A stretch of 58,577 bases of DNA from Malacoraja senta (lineage: Eukaryota), in assembly GCA_038087875.1 (NCBI GenBank), contig JAXLNO010000614.1, forward strand, positions 1 through 58,577, written 5' to 3'. Shown here in pieces: positions 36,101 to 49,449 of this stretch. Position 1 is the first letter of the stretch; every line of letters begins with the position of its first letter. The position numbers and the translations under genes were made by a program. Below the pieces are notes generated by a model. It did not search any database, was not told the DNA's origin, and saw only the letters and a program-made list of their open reading frames with translations.

Positions 36101-38074
36101 AATAATATGCATCTTTCAAGTCTATAGTTGCCATATAACATGCTTCTGAAATAAGCTGTTTGGCAGTCACAAATGTTTCCATTTTAAAATGTCTAAATTG
36201 CACAAAAGGATTCAGATTTGTCAAATCTAGAATAATCCTACATCCTCCATCCTTTTTTGATCGAGGGAATATATTTCACACAAATTGGTGACTTTGGTAG
36301 ACTGATTTTTCAATAACCCCTTTTTATTTTTTTTATTTTTTTATTTTTTTTATTTTTATTTTTTTAAATATAGGGTTTCAAGTGCAACCTGAACATCCAT
36401 CACTTCTTTTTGTACAAAGTGCAGAGTTCGGCTAGGAACATGCTGATCAGGCAAATCATAATTTGGATTGAATTCAATTCAAAATCCTTGTATATGATTC
36501 AGGATTACCACATTCTGAAGTAATTTTCTTCCAATTATTATAAAAGAAATGTAACCTGCCTCCAACTTTTGGACTTAATCCAGTTAGTATGTTCCCATGA
36601 GAACCAGGTCCACCTACCTCTTGAGTCATTTGAGTACCCCGAGATTCCTGGGTTCTCCCGGAAGCACGCCCACTGGTTCTTGCTCCCGCTGCAGGCCGCC
36701 AACTACGTCCCTGCGTTGATGAGCGACTTGGTCCAGGATCCGTATGACGTCTGAAAGGATACTTCCTCTTTACAGACTTCACAACCATTGATGTCTTCAT
36801 CAATCCTGTTTTCGCTTCATCTTCCAACTCTTTAATATGTCTCCCGAGATCCTCTCCAAAGAGTAAGTTGGGTAATTGTATATTACTTGGTTTTCAGAGT
36901 GCTGCGAATTTTGGATTCATAGTAGGCCGTATCACACTTTTCCTCAGACAATTGTCTCGAAGTGGGTGCTGCATAGCAACCCCAGTGTTTCCTGATGCAA
37001 CTCCGTCATCTCTTGGCTTTTTTCTGCTATTCTGGCAAAAGCAGTTATTCCAGAACCCAGCAGCTTTAATATTCTCTGCAACTGATTCCAGATAATTTGA
37101 TTCACTGCTGCCCACAGTTACTTCTTGCAGTCTCATCCATTTCCTGCTGTTCCAGCTAATGGTAAACCAAGTAATTTATTAAGGAGGCCAGTTCTTCTCC
37201 TAATGGTTCTCCTGACCCTGACGGGGCAGCGAATCCTACTGCCAGGAGTGGAACATCTGGCAGCTGCCGTTCATCGCCTTATACAGCCTCACCGTCAGAG
37301 TCGGGGTCTGAAATCTCATGACCCGTAGCACGCTCCTCATTCCTGAGGGTGCATTCCATCAGCCCTGAGCCAGGTGCTGTTAAGCTGCTCCTGCAGATTG
37401 GATTACAGTACACTCCTTCCTGAGTGAACTTTGCTCCAACAGCCTATGTAAAAGGCTTTCTATTTGGGCAACATGCTCGAAAGCAGTATCTAGCCCTGTA
37501 CCAGGAGCTGTTTGAGCTGTTTCCAGCAGCTTGCTTTCAGTACACTCCTCCCTGAGTGAACTTTGCTCCAACAGCCTATGTAAAAAGCTTTCTATTTGGG
37601 CAATATGCTCGAAAGCAGTATCTAGCCCTGGAGCTACTTACATTGCCTGGGACTCCCTCCGTGGGCCGTTGGGATTTAAACTTTGTCTTTTGCCCGACAG
37701 GCGCTGACTGTGTTTTCACCAGCCCCAGGTCCACAGTCGCTATGCTCACCGCTGGCGACTGTACCGGGGTTTAGAGGCGGTTGGTCTCTAACCGCGGACT
37801 CCCGACTTTCCCGACTTCTGTCGGCTGTGTCGCTCGCCTCTTCCCCCTGTCCGTTTTTTCCATGGCGTCTGTGGAAAAAATCCCCATAGACCCACAGTAA
37901 ACGGACCTGGAAAACCTGAAAAAAGTTTTTACTTACCTTGTAGTTGTAAAACTACAAATCCACTCGAGGAGCTCTGCTCCTCACGTCCGTTTGCGTCAAG
38001 GCGTCTGACGTAATGACGCGCAGGCGCACTGGCGGGGTTCTTCACGTAGTCACTCACGTGACTCCGAAGTAAAA
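33185..38074 (-). mobile_element. DIRS1-type retrotransposon, copy 2 (same family as copy 1; ICR 33417-33530)
   Basis: Colinear and highly similar to 9855-14627. RT LPNGLTSAPRIFTK, RNase H/MT ORF 34709-35563, YR HSTRAA. ITRs and ICR are present. Confidence 0.95.
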
Positions 38075-38329
38075 TCCTTGGCATGTTGAAGAATCAAGAG
38101 GCCAGTGAAAATGAGGAAGTAAGAGGAGGGTGTTAATAATAAAAAGGTATTGTATAGGTTAATGAGTCCGAAACATGATACATCTTAAACATCTGATCTA
38201 TATCCCATTCTGAAAAATATGCAAGGCATCACTGGGGTGTGGTAGCTTTTTCCGGGTCTAAGTATTCAGAAGTATTTCATTAACCGTAACTTTTTCTGTG
38301 AAAGGGAAAGTGCCTTATAACTAGAGTCA

Positions 38330-38700
38330 TCAAGTCTTGCAGCGGAGAAATGGCCTCTTCGGCCCAACCTATCCACACCGACCAACATGCCGCACCTGCA
38401 CTGGTCCCACCTGCCTGCATTTTGCCCATATCCCTCTAAACTTGTCCTATCCATGAACCTGTCTAAATGTTTCTTAAATGTCGTGATAGCACCTGCTTCA
38501 ACCACCTCCTCCGGCAACTTGTTCTATTCACCCACACAAAAAGCTGGAGTAACTCAGTGGGTCAGACAGCATCTCTGGAAAGAAGGAATAGTGGCGCTTC
38601 GGGTCTGTAGAAGGGTCTCGACCTGAAAAGTCATCTATTCCTTTTCTCCAGTGACACTCTGACCCGCTGAGTTACTCCAGTTTTTTTGTGTGTATCTTAG
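38330..38700. mobile_element. CR1 3'-end fragment (-) followed by a Penelope-derived palindromic repeat
   Basis: PEEVVEAGAITTFKKHLDRFM (ORF 38266-38517). GCTGGAGTAACTCAG...CTGAGTTACTCCAG arms surround a hammerhead-like core at ~38605. Confidence 0.7.
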
Positions 38701-40142
38701 GTTGGTTGGTTGATGGGTGAATGGGTGGAAGTGGGGGGTTAATAGGAATGTGGGGAGAATAAAAGATGGGGTTCATGTGTAAATGTTTGGCTGATGATCA
38801 GTGGTACTACTCCTCAGTGCCCTACTTCCTGATTGTGTGTCCCTTTAACTTCATCATTAGTTCCCATTGGGAGCAACTTTCATCGAAAAGACTGTTTTCC
38901 TTTTTACTGGTACCATGCACTCTGTAAGCCTCAGATTTCTGACAACACTTGATCTTACGATTCAACCAAGAATAATCCAAGGTAAATATTTAATTAAGTC
39001 GGGTGGTTCAGGGAGCATTTATCAAACTGTTGGTGGAAGTGAATGACTGGTACACATGTTGGATACTTTTTTCTTTGCACTGGTTATAATTATTTAAAAA
39101 ATTTGTCTGAAGTTGGATACCTCTGCCAAATGTAATTAAAGCGGGGTCTATGAATGACAATGTAGACAGAAAGAGAAGGAAATATGTAGTTTTAGTATCT
39201 TTGAGAGGGGAAACAGTCATGACAGGAATCATTGAATTAGAAAAGAAATAAACTTGATCTAGAAAATACCACCAAGATATTTGTAAAGAGTTCATGATCA
39301 CCGTTTACTTAACAATTGTTGGCGGATTAAGTAAATGGCTGAAACTCTGTATGGCATAAGGTGTGAAGAATTTAGGTTAGCTTATTGTCGCGTGTACCGA
39401 GGTACAGGGATTGTTGCGTGCTAATCAGTCAGTGGAAAGATGGTTAGTAAGTGGGGAAGAAAAACAATGAGTGTTTGTGAGGACAGACAGCACTAAATGA
39501 ATGGTTACAGAGAATATTTGAAAAGGCTAATGGAATATTGTTCTTTTATCGTCATCTAAAGCAGAGGGAAAAGTTACCATTAACAAAGCTTGGTTTGCCA
39601 TTGTTCGGTGTACTGTTCAGTATGTGCTTAGCATTAGGTGGAGATTTGTATTACTTTTGGAGCGAGTGTTCCACATTCATCAGAATGATTATACTTGTGA
39701 AGAAGTATGATGAAGGGTTTCGACCCGAAAGGTCACCCATTCCTTCTCCAGAGATGCTGCCTGACCCGCTGAGTTATTCCAGCATTTTGTGCCTAATCTT
39801 TGATTATAAATTGTAAGCACAGGTTACATGGAGAAAACCTGTAGCCCTTAAAAAGAAACAGAAGGATTCTAGTGATCAATTGGTGTTCAACATCCTTGAG
39901 GAATTGGAATGCGCTGACAAAGAAAATATTTCCTCTGGTTTCCAGAACAAGTTGTCACATGGAACTGGGGATACTAATTAGCCATTAGATTTGGAGATTA
40001 TCCAGGTGTTTACAGAATTATGTGGATTGTTATGTTTAACTAAAGTGAGAACCAGTCTTCAAGAACAAACCCCTGTTAACAATTTAACTTCCACAGAAAC
40101 TTGAAAGTTATTGACACCAGTAATTGGGTGTGGTACCAGGAT

Positions 40143-40485
40143 AGACTCAAAGCGCTGGAGTAACTCAGCAGGTCAGGCGGCATCTCTGGAGAAAATGGAT
40201 AGGTGATGTTTCAGGTCGGGACCCTTCATTGATCTGAGCTACTCCAGCACTTTGTGTCAATCTCTGGTGTAAACCAGCACCTGAAGTTCCTCCTTATTAC
40301 AGATACAAAGTGCTGGAATTATTCAGTGGGTCAGGCAGCATCTCAAAAGAAAAAGGATAGGTGACGTTTTGGGTCGGGACCCTTCGTCACCTTCTGATGT
40401 CCTTTTTTTCCAGAGATGCTGCTTGACTTACTGAGTTACTCCTGCACTTTGTGTCGTATCTTTGTTATAAGCCAGCATCTGCAAG
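40143..40485. mobile_element. Cluster of two Penelope-derived short repeats (others at ~7915-8000, 33000-33115, 39705-39800, 40775-40865)
   Basis: Shared GCTGGAGTAACTCAGC...GACGTTTCGGGTCGGGACCCTTC motif. Confidence 0.7.
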
Positions 40486-42309
40486 GTGACAAATGAACGT
40501 TTGTGCCAATCACCCTAGTGATGAGGTCACTATAATCAACAATGAAGGAATGGACGAGACAGACTGTTGGCGAGGCCGCCATTGCTGGTGCCACACGGTG
40601 GATATTATATGTATAATAGTACATTGTAGATGAATGCAATGAAACCATACACAAGTACAACACACTGATCGAAGATAAATTACCAGTGTGCAGAATATAG
40701 ATTTTTCAGCAAGTTCCAGAGAACTGTCTAATATCTAATGAGGTATGTTGAGAGGATCGGTACTATATCTTAGATAGACAAAAAATGCTGGAGTAACTCA
40801 GCGGGACAGGCAGTATCTCTGGAGAAAAGGAATGGGTAATGTTTCAGGTCGTGACCCTTCTTCAGTACTATACCCCAGTTTGGGGAAGAACTGTTTTAGC
40901 AATTGGTGTACAAGAGAGAACCATAGTACCTATCCGGAATTGACTTTTATTCAATACACTGATAAAAGTCAGAAGCAGTTATCTTTGCGACCCTGCGAAA
41001 CTTCCTATAATATTTCCTAAAGCTCCTTTCTATCAATGCCCTTGTCATTTTATTCATGTTTCCGGAGGACACCTCAAGTTACTCTCTTAAAACCAGGTTC
41101 AAAGCCGTGACATAATATAAATAACCTACTATGTTCCGCTACCTTACATTTTAAAAATAAGACGCACCCTTCACAAATTAATCTTCTCCCGACTTGTTCG
41201 TTATGTTGACGAGAACGAGCGATTCCGAAATCGTTGTGTAGGGGCAGCGGTAACAAGGGCTCACTCGGTAACAGACCAGCTTGTACCATGTCCTTCCTGC
41301 TTGATGCTTTCCTTTCTCCGTGTCTCCCCCAGGGCGCTGTCTCCGGCCATGGTGCTGAAACCTAGCCCTTGTGCCTTTGACTCGCTATGGTTTACAATTG
41401 AATCCATCTTTCTGACTCCTCAAAGTCAGTCCCACCACGTGTTTCAAATCAGAGTCATTTGCTTCAAAGTTTAATCACAGCTGGGCATTATTTAGTCCAC
41501 GGCGCCCCCGGATACAATTGAATCGTTATCTCTGGAAACCATAGTTGCATTACGGATATCCTGTCTTTCAATACAAGAAGTGGTTGAAATGTTTGTTTCA
41601 CCCATTTCCAGCAGCCGCAACATTGCAGCGACTGTGCTTTCCACTTATAAAGCGTTTAGACGTATAAAGTGCCGTGGGGTTCCCAGCGGATGCGAGAGGC
41701 GTCATTTAAATGTGTCATGTGCAGGGCTGCCAACATGCGGTGAGCATTGGGAGTGAGAAATTGCGAGAGACCAAGCCCGAGGGAGCACAGCGACTGCCCG
41801 GGGGGGGGGGGTGTATGGAAATCAGATTATATTCAAGCACTTTCCCATGTTGACCAACCTGGGTCTCACTGCACACCTGGTACTACTCCTGACCCTGACT
41901 CCATTTGCATACCTTCTCTCATTCCTGACCCTCAGTCCAGCCTTACATCTGGTCCCCTATTCTACCCTGATCTTAGCTGCTTACCTGCTTAGGTTCCCAG
42001 TGCTGAACGCTCCCATTGTCCCATCTTTGACTGCACACCTAGTACTATTCCAGACCTTGACTTTGGATGCACACTTGGCCTTGCTCCTAGCCCCTCTGCA
42101 CTGACAATATATCTGGCTCACACGTAATACCCCATATCTGACCCCCTGGACTTAACCTATTATGTTCAATTCCACACGTGCTTAACTAATGCGGTAATCT
42201 TTTATGGGCACTTCACAGACCACCTTTTGCATAACAAAATTTGCTACATCCATTGGTTTTCTTGTTATCTGTACTCACGTACTGCTTAAATACGTGGTAA
42301 TCCACCTGC

Positions 42310-42895
42310 AACTGCTCGGACAGGAAGGCTCTGCAGAGGTTAGTGAGGGGAGCAGAGAAGATCATTGGCGTCTCCCTACCCTCGGTACAAGAACTGTTCC
42401 TGAGCCGCTGTCGGAAAAAAGCTCAGAGAATTGCTAAGGACAAACTGCACCCCCTCCACATACATCTGGATCTCCTGCCATCAGGCAAGATATATCGCAG
42501 CATCAAAGCCCGGACTACAACACTGCTAAACAGCTTCCTGCAATATGCTGTGAGGCTGCTAAACAGCCACTCTGTACTCACAGTCACCTGATTCTGCGGC
42601 TTGGCACGGACACTATAATAACTGGCACTGGCCACTTCAATAACTGTCACTGGCCACTCAAATCAGCCACCCCGGACATGTTTATGATTGGTCTTACTGT
42701 ATTTTAACGTTGTTTTATCTATTTTAACTTTATACTGTTCCTTCAGTGACTGGATTGTTTTTCGTGTCATTATGTGTGAAATGTTTTAAACTTCATGTGC
42801 GATGCTCCGGTATTCCCTGGGAAACGTCTTTTCGTTTTGCACTGCACAACTGTTGCTTGCAAGATGACAATAAAGGAATTGAAATTGAATTGAAT
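42310..42895 (+). mobile_element. Rex1/Babar LINE 3' end with (TTGAA)n tail
   Basis: AEKIIGVSLPS...HPLH...LLPSGKIYRSIKARTT.LLNSF (ORF 42343-42591), then AATAAA and GAATTGAAATTGAATTGAA. Confidence 0.8.
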
Positions 42896-44204
42896 CTAAC
42901 ATGCTAGTTACTTTGTCAAATAAGTCTTTCAATTGGTTGAATTTCTCATCCATAAAATTATACCCACTCAACTGTATAAGTATTCTGTTACCATTTCCTT
43001 CATTTCCCAACAAACTGTCCTGAAGTCATTTTCACCTCCAATATTTTCAGTATTTTGCTGTCTTCCTCTCAGCTGGGACTTTTCCGAAATGCAAAGTCCA
43101 ATAACTATATATTTAAGCAATAATATTCTATTTAATGTGATCTTGAGTACATAATATTTTCTGTGGTATTTTATAACACAACAATGATAAAAAGATCTTT
43201 GTTTTGATTGCACCTACCAACATGCATACAATATTATATTACAGTTAATGTGTACCGAGGGCAATTTTGTTTTCCAATGCTCCCATTCCCAATTACTTTT
43301 ACATTGAAGTGATTGAAATCCAAGTGAAGTTTAAATGGCGTCAGAAAAATAAAACCTCCGGAATGAATGATATTCATTACGTGATTGGTTGGAGTCAGTA
43401 TCAGCACAAATACTATATTAAACTTTGAATCTTCAGATGTCCTGGTTCACACATTCCCCTGCAAGTATCTCTGTCACTCCTTTAAAATATGCCCCTTCTT
43501 TGAACATGCTGTTAAACATCGCATCTGAATCAGTTTCCATCTGATTACACTCATTGAGGATGTTCATCTACGTGTTCAATTAATAAAACAACGAGATTGA
43601 GGACATTTCTATCAATCTGTCAAAGGAATTTGGGGGGGGGGGTTAGAAATAGTCAGTGAGGTAAAGAAACATAATAGTTTAATGCAAATGACAATAGTGC
43701 TACCTTCCCAATATTTAACTGAAGGAAATAATGGGTTATCGGGGCTGTACCTTGTGACAGACAGCCTGACACCTTGCATGTCATTTAATATTACACTTAT
43801 CCCATCCCTCTGGATATTCCGGATTAATAAATTAAGGTTTTGTCAACTAATTACAAATCAGGCTAGTTACAAATCAATATCAGCCAACTCCGAAACACGA
43901 AGCGCTGAGCATTGGGATCCAGACATCACGGACACCTAGCCTCAGTTCCCCGCTCACATCTGGCAGTGCTCTCCATCTGAACCAGGTGCCATGGAGCGTT
44001 TTTTAAAGTGGGGGGGCTGAGCGATCACTGATCACTGGCCTTGGGGACCCGGCGAGGGAGTGGAGTGACCGAGTGGGGGGAAGGTGTGGGAGGGGATGCC
44101 CCCCCTCCCAGGGTAGGGATGTTTTGAAATTTGATGTATTAAAATCATGGTTTAGTGCATTGTAGAAGTATGAATTCAATGTTTATTGTTTGAAGTATTT
44201 TTAA

Positions 44205-44415
44205 GAGGTAACTTTTTCCACACAAAGGGTCATGGGTGTATGAAATAAGCTGCCATAAGAGGTAGATGAGGCAGGGACATCTGCTAACATTTAAGAAACA
44301 GTTAGAGTGATACATGGATAGGACAGGTTTGGAGGGATATGGACCAAAAGCAGGTACTGTAGCTGGGACATGTTGGCAGATGTGGGCAAGTTGGGTTGAA
44401 GGGCCTGTTTTCACA
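44205..44415 (+). mobile_element. CR1 3'-end fragment
   Basis: TTTTTCCACACAAAGGG...GAAGGGCCTGTTTTC tail. Confidence 0.7.
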
Positions 44416-45100
44416 CATACAAAAACTGTTCAGAGACAGAGAGGGGGGGGGGGGCTATAACTTTAGAGGGAAACTAAACTTGAAACAGCATTATGCTCGG
44501 ACCAATTTAAAAAGTATGTGTGTTTCCATTTGTGGGGTGGTTTTGTGGAATGGTCTTGACAAAACGATTAAACAAAGTATGATTATAATGCAATTTTTAA
44601 AAATGTACAAAAGATATATCTTTGAAAAGTACAGTAATGAGGAAGGAGAATGTAAATCTCACAGATGTTAATGGTGCTTGTTCTCTTCTTTTTTTGTTCT
44701 TTTTTTCTTATTAGCTTGATTGGAGTAGTTTTATTTGAATTGTCTGTTTAGTTTATTTTATTGAATTTTGCATTTGTTAATGGTGAAGAATGGGGGTAGG
44801 ACTTGACAAGCATAGGCTTCTTCCTATCCCTTTTCGAACGAGTCTAATGTGTATTATGTTGAAACTGGCTTTGATTTTTTAATTTATGTATGTACATATA
44901 TGTTATGTATATGTGTATGTGTGTATATGTGTATATGTATGTATATATGTACATGTATATGTATGTATGTGTGTATGTATTTATGTATATATATATGTAT
45001 ATATATAATTTTCCTTTATTTATTATTCATTTTCATCTTTTCTTTTCTTCTTTTTTTAATCGTTCGAAATAAAAACATATCAAATCAAATCAAATCAAAT
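44416..45100 (+). mobile_element. L2/Crack-like LINE 3' end with internal (TA/TG)n microsatellite and (AAATC)n tail
   Basis: YNFRG...RTNLKSMCVSICGVVLWNGL...F.KMYK C-terminus (ORF 44396-44671). Microsatellite at ~44885-45006, then AATAAA and the ATCAAATCAAATC tail. Confidence 0.65.
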
Positions 45101-48100
45101 TATACCTTCACCATGCGTGAATGCTTTAAAATCAAGTGGTCGAGTTTTATTGCTATACTAGACCAAGTGCAGACCCGTTGGGTCTGGTCCCCGAAAGTGC
45201 TTGACACCCCGGGGTGTTGTTCCAGAACGTGCTTCAGACCCCAGGGTGAAAATCTGAAAAAATCTGCGAAAAAAAGATGGCGTCGTTTTCGGAAAAAATC
45301 GGAGAAAATCGGCGAAAAAAGATGGCGTCGTTTTCGGAGAAAATCGGCGAAAAAAAGATGGCGTCGTTTTCGGAGAAAATCGGAGACAATCGGAGAAAAT
45401 CACATGGGGGTGGGGGGGGAAGGATTTCATTAAAAAAAACGTGTACATAAACAGGACCGAATTTAATCAGGAGTGGCTATTCGTAAAGATAAATGTCATC
45501 TCTTTGGAAATGGTAAAAAATATGGGCCTTTCCGCGCGCCGTGTGGGCCAGGGGCGGTATCAAAGGCGGCGTTGGGACGTACAGACGTACAGACGGACGA
45601 CAGCCAGAGAGTTTTAAAAGTATACTAGACCAAGTGCAGACCCGTTGGGTCTGGACACCGAACGTGCGTTTGCGGGGCTGGAGGGGCTGTTGCGTCACAC
45701 TAACCACCCCCCTTTCCTCCAAGCACGGAATCCTGCATCCACAAACACACACACTCATCACACCCCTTGATATTACATTAATTTTTAAATTTGATTCTTT
45801 TATCCCATCTCCACCCTATCCACTGATGAATAGCCCTCACCTCTCAGGTGCTTCTAGAGGGGGGTGGCAGAGAGACAAAATTTAATGTTAAAAATTTGAA
45901 GAGGGATGGAGGAGGGGGGAGAGAAAGGTGGGAGAGAGGAGGGGGAGAGAGGAGAGTGGTGGAGAGAGGAAGGAGACGATGGGGGAGAAAGGTGAAGGGG
46001 GTGTTTGGAACGGGCGTGCATGAGTCGAGCTGCGGGCTGTGAAGAGAGAAGGGCAGAGAGAGAGAGAGAGAGAGATGGGAGAGACAGAGAGACTGGGCCG
46101 AAGGAAATAGGAAACGTTTCAGGTAAAAAAAAAACTGATGATGGGCTTCAGCGCAAAGCTTTGCCTATTTCATTCGCTCCATAGATGCTGCTGCACCCGC
46201 TGTGTTTCTCCAGCTTTTTTTTTGTGTATCTTTGATTTTCCAGCATCTGCAGTTCCGTGTTAAAGACAGAGAGACTGTTGGTGGGCTGTTTTCCCACGCG
46301 CGTTTGCGGGAGGGGGGGGGGGTGCTGCGGCATCACACACACTAACCACCCCGCAAACACACTCGGGGGAAGGGGAGAGGAAGACGGGGTGTGGAGAGAA
46401 GAGGAGAGGGGGAGGGAGGGTAGAGGGCGAGGAGGAAAGGGGAGAGATTGGTGAGATTGAAGAGAGTAGGGTGGGGGAGAGGGATGGGGAGGAGAGTGGT
46501 GAGTTAGGAGGAGAGCGTGGAGGGCAGGAAGGGGGGGAGAGGGGGGGAGGGGATGTTAGAGGTGGAGAGGGGGGGATGAGGGGAAGGGGAGTGAGTAGGT
46601 GGAAGAGAGGGAGAGAGGGAGGGGGGGGAGAGAGGTGGGGGAGTGAGAGGGAAGAGTTGGGAGTGAGTGGTTGCGGGGAGTGGTGCAAGAGAGAGTGGAA
46701 GGGGGTGGGGGTGGAGATGGGGGTGAAGAGGGGGGGTGGAGGGGTAAGAGAGGGTGTGGTAGGGGAGGGAGGGGGAGAGGAGAGAGGAGGGAGAGGGAGA
46801 GTGGGAGTAAGAGGGGTAGGGACAGTCCATCTGTTCCCCATTCCCTATCACCCCCAATCATCTTTCTCTATTCCCACACACGTGGCGACGCCCTTCGACA
46901 CAGGCTGCGGGGGTGGGGGGGAGGGGCTGGGGTTGCTGCCAAGGCATATGTAAATTGGTCCATTCCGATTGGACATCTGTGAGCATCGGGCATTGTGACA
47001 TCACACAATGGAATCTTTACTAACATTCTATGGCTGAGCTGTTTTTTAAACATTTGTAATGTTTGGTGGGGGGGGGGAGAAGTATTTTATTTTAAAAAGT
47101 GTACATAAACACGACCAAATTTAATCAGGAGTGGCTATTCGTAAAGATAAATGTAATCTCTTTAGAAATGGTAAAAAATATCGGCGTTTCCGCGCGCTGT
47201 GTGGGCCAGGGGCGGTATCAAAGGCGGCGTACAGGTCAAGCAGAACGTTGGACGTACAGACAAGCAGAACGTTGGACGTACAGACGTACAGACGGACGAC
47301 AGCCAGAGAGTTTTAAAAGTATACTAGACCAAGTGCAGACCCGTTGGGTCTGGTCCCCGAAAGTGCTTGACACCCCGGGGTGTTGTTCCCGAACGTGCTT
47401 CAGACCCCGGGGTGAAAATCTGCTGAAAAAAAGATGGCGTCGTTTTCGGAAAAAATCGGAGAAAATCGGCGAAAAAAAGATGGCGTCGTTTTCGGAGAAA
47501 ATCGGAGAAAAAAAGATGGCGTCGTGTTCGGAGAAAATCGGAGACAATCGGAGAAAATCACATGGGGGTGGGGGGGGGGGTGGATTTTATTTTAAAAAAC
47601 GTGTACATAAACAGGACCGAATTTAATCAGGAGTGGCTATTCGTAAAGATAAATGTCATCTCTTTGGAAATGGTAAAAAATATGGGCCTTTCCACGCGCT
47701 GTGTGGGCCAGGGGCGGTATCAAAGGCGGCGTACGGACGTACAGACGTACAGACGTACAGACGTACAGACGGACGACAGCCAGAGAGTTTTAAAAGTATA
47801 CTAGACCAAGTGCAGACCCGTTGGGTCTGGTCCCCGAAAGTGCTCGACACCCCGGGGTGTGTTCCCGAACGTGCTTCAGACCCCGGGGTGAAAATGTGCT
47901 GAAAAAAAGATGGCGTCGTTTTCGGAAAAAATCGGAGAAAATCGGCGAAAAAAAGATGGCGTTTTCGGAGAAAATCGGGGAAAAAAAGATGGCGTCGTTT
48001 TCGGAGAAAATCGGAGACAATCGGAGAAAATCACATTGGGGTTGGGGGGGGATGGATTTTATTAAAAAACGTGTACATAAACAGGACAGAATTTAATCAG

Positions 48101-49396
48101 GAGTGGCTATTCGTAAAGATAAATGTCATCTCTTTGGAAATGGCGAAAAACGTGGGCCTTTCCGCGCGCCGCGTGGGCCAGGGGCCGTATCAAAGGCCGC
48201 GCGGCAAAGTCAAGCAGGCCGTCGGACGTACAGACGGACGACAGCCAGAGAGTTTTAAAAGTATACTAGACCAAGTGCAGACCCGTGGGTCTGGTTCCCG
48301 AAAGTGCTTGACACCCCGGGGTGTTGTTCCCGAACGTGCTTCAGACCCCGGGGTGAAAATGTGCTGAAAAAAAGATGGCGTCGTTTTCGGAAAAAACCGG
48401 AGAAAATCGGCGAAAAAAAGATGGCGTCGTGTTCGGAGAAAATCGGCGAAAAAAAGATGGTGTGGTTTTTTGAGAAAATGGGAGAAAATCAAATTGGGGT
48501 TGGTGGGGGGATGGATGACACCCCGGGGTGTTGTCCCCGAACGTGCTTTAGACCCCTGGGTGAAAATCGGGGAAAAAAAGATGGCGTCGTTTTTGGAAAA
48601 AATCGGGGGGAAAAAGATGGCGTCGTTTTCGGAGAAAATCGGGGAAAAAAGGATGGCGTCGTTTTCGGAGAAAATCGGAGACAATCGGAGAAAATCACAT
48701 TGGGGTTGGGGGGGATGGATTTTATTGAAAAACGTGTACATAAACAGGACAGAATTTAATCAGGAGTGGCTATTCGTAAAGATAAATGTCATCTCTTTGG
48801 AAATGGCGAAAAACGTGGGCCTTTCCGCGCGCCGCGTGGGCCAGGGGCCGTATCAAAGGCCGCGCGGCAAAGTCAAGCAGGCCGTCGGACGTACAGACGG
48901 ACGACAGCCAGAGAGTTTTAAAAGTATACTAGACCAAGTGCAGACCCGTTGGGTCTGGTCCCCGAAAGTGCTTGACACCCCGGGGTGTGTTCCCGAACGT
49001 GGCTTCAGACCCCGGGGTGAGAATGCGCTGAAAAAAAGATGGCGTCGTTTTTGGAAAAAATCGGAGAAAATCGGCGAAAAAAAGATGGCGTCGTTTTCGG
49101 AGGAAATCGGGGAAAAAAAGATGGCGTCGTTTCGGAGAAAATCGGAGACAATCGGAGAAAATCACATTGGGGTTGGGGGGGGGGTGGATTTTATTAAAAA
49201 ACGTGTACATAAACAGGACCGAATTTAATCAGGAGTGGCTATTCGTAAAGATAAATGTCATCTCTTTGGAAATGGCGAAAAACGTGGGCCTTTCCGCGCG
49301 CCGCGTGGGCCGGGGGCCGTATCAAAGGCCGCGCGGCAAAGTCAAGCAGGCCGTCGGACGTACAGACGGACGACAGCCAGAGAGTTTTAAAAGTAT

Positions 49397-49397
<1 letters not shown>

Positions 49398-49449
<52 letters not shown>
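49398..49449 (+). repeat. (TAGA)13 microsatellite exactly at a Helitron unit junction
   Basis: 52 bp of perfect TAGA between GTATA and CTAG. Confidence 0.95.

Noticed and set aside
43030..43110. Minus-strand mini-exon (LLDFAFRKSPS*EEDSKILKILE)
   Set aside because: Weak splice sites, an internal stop and no recognisable homology.
44849..45433. 194-aa hydrophobic/Cys-rich ORF
   Set aside because: Translation of a (TA/TG)n microsatellite running into the repeat array.
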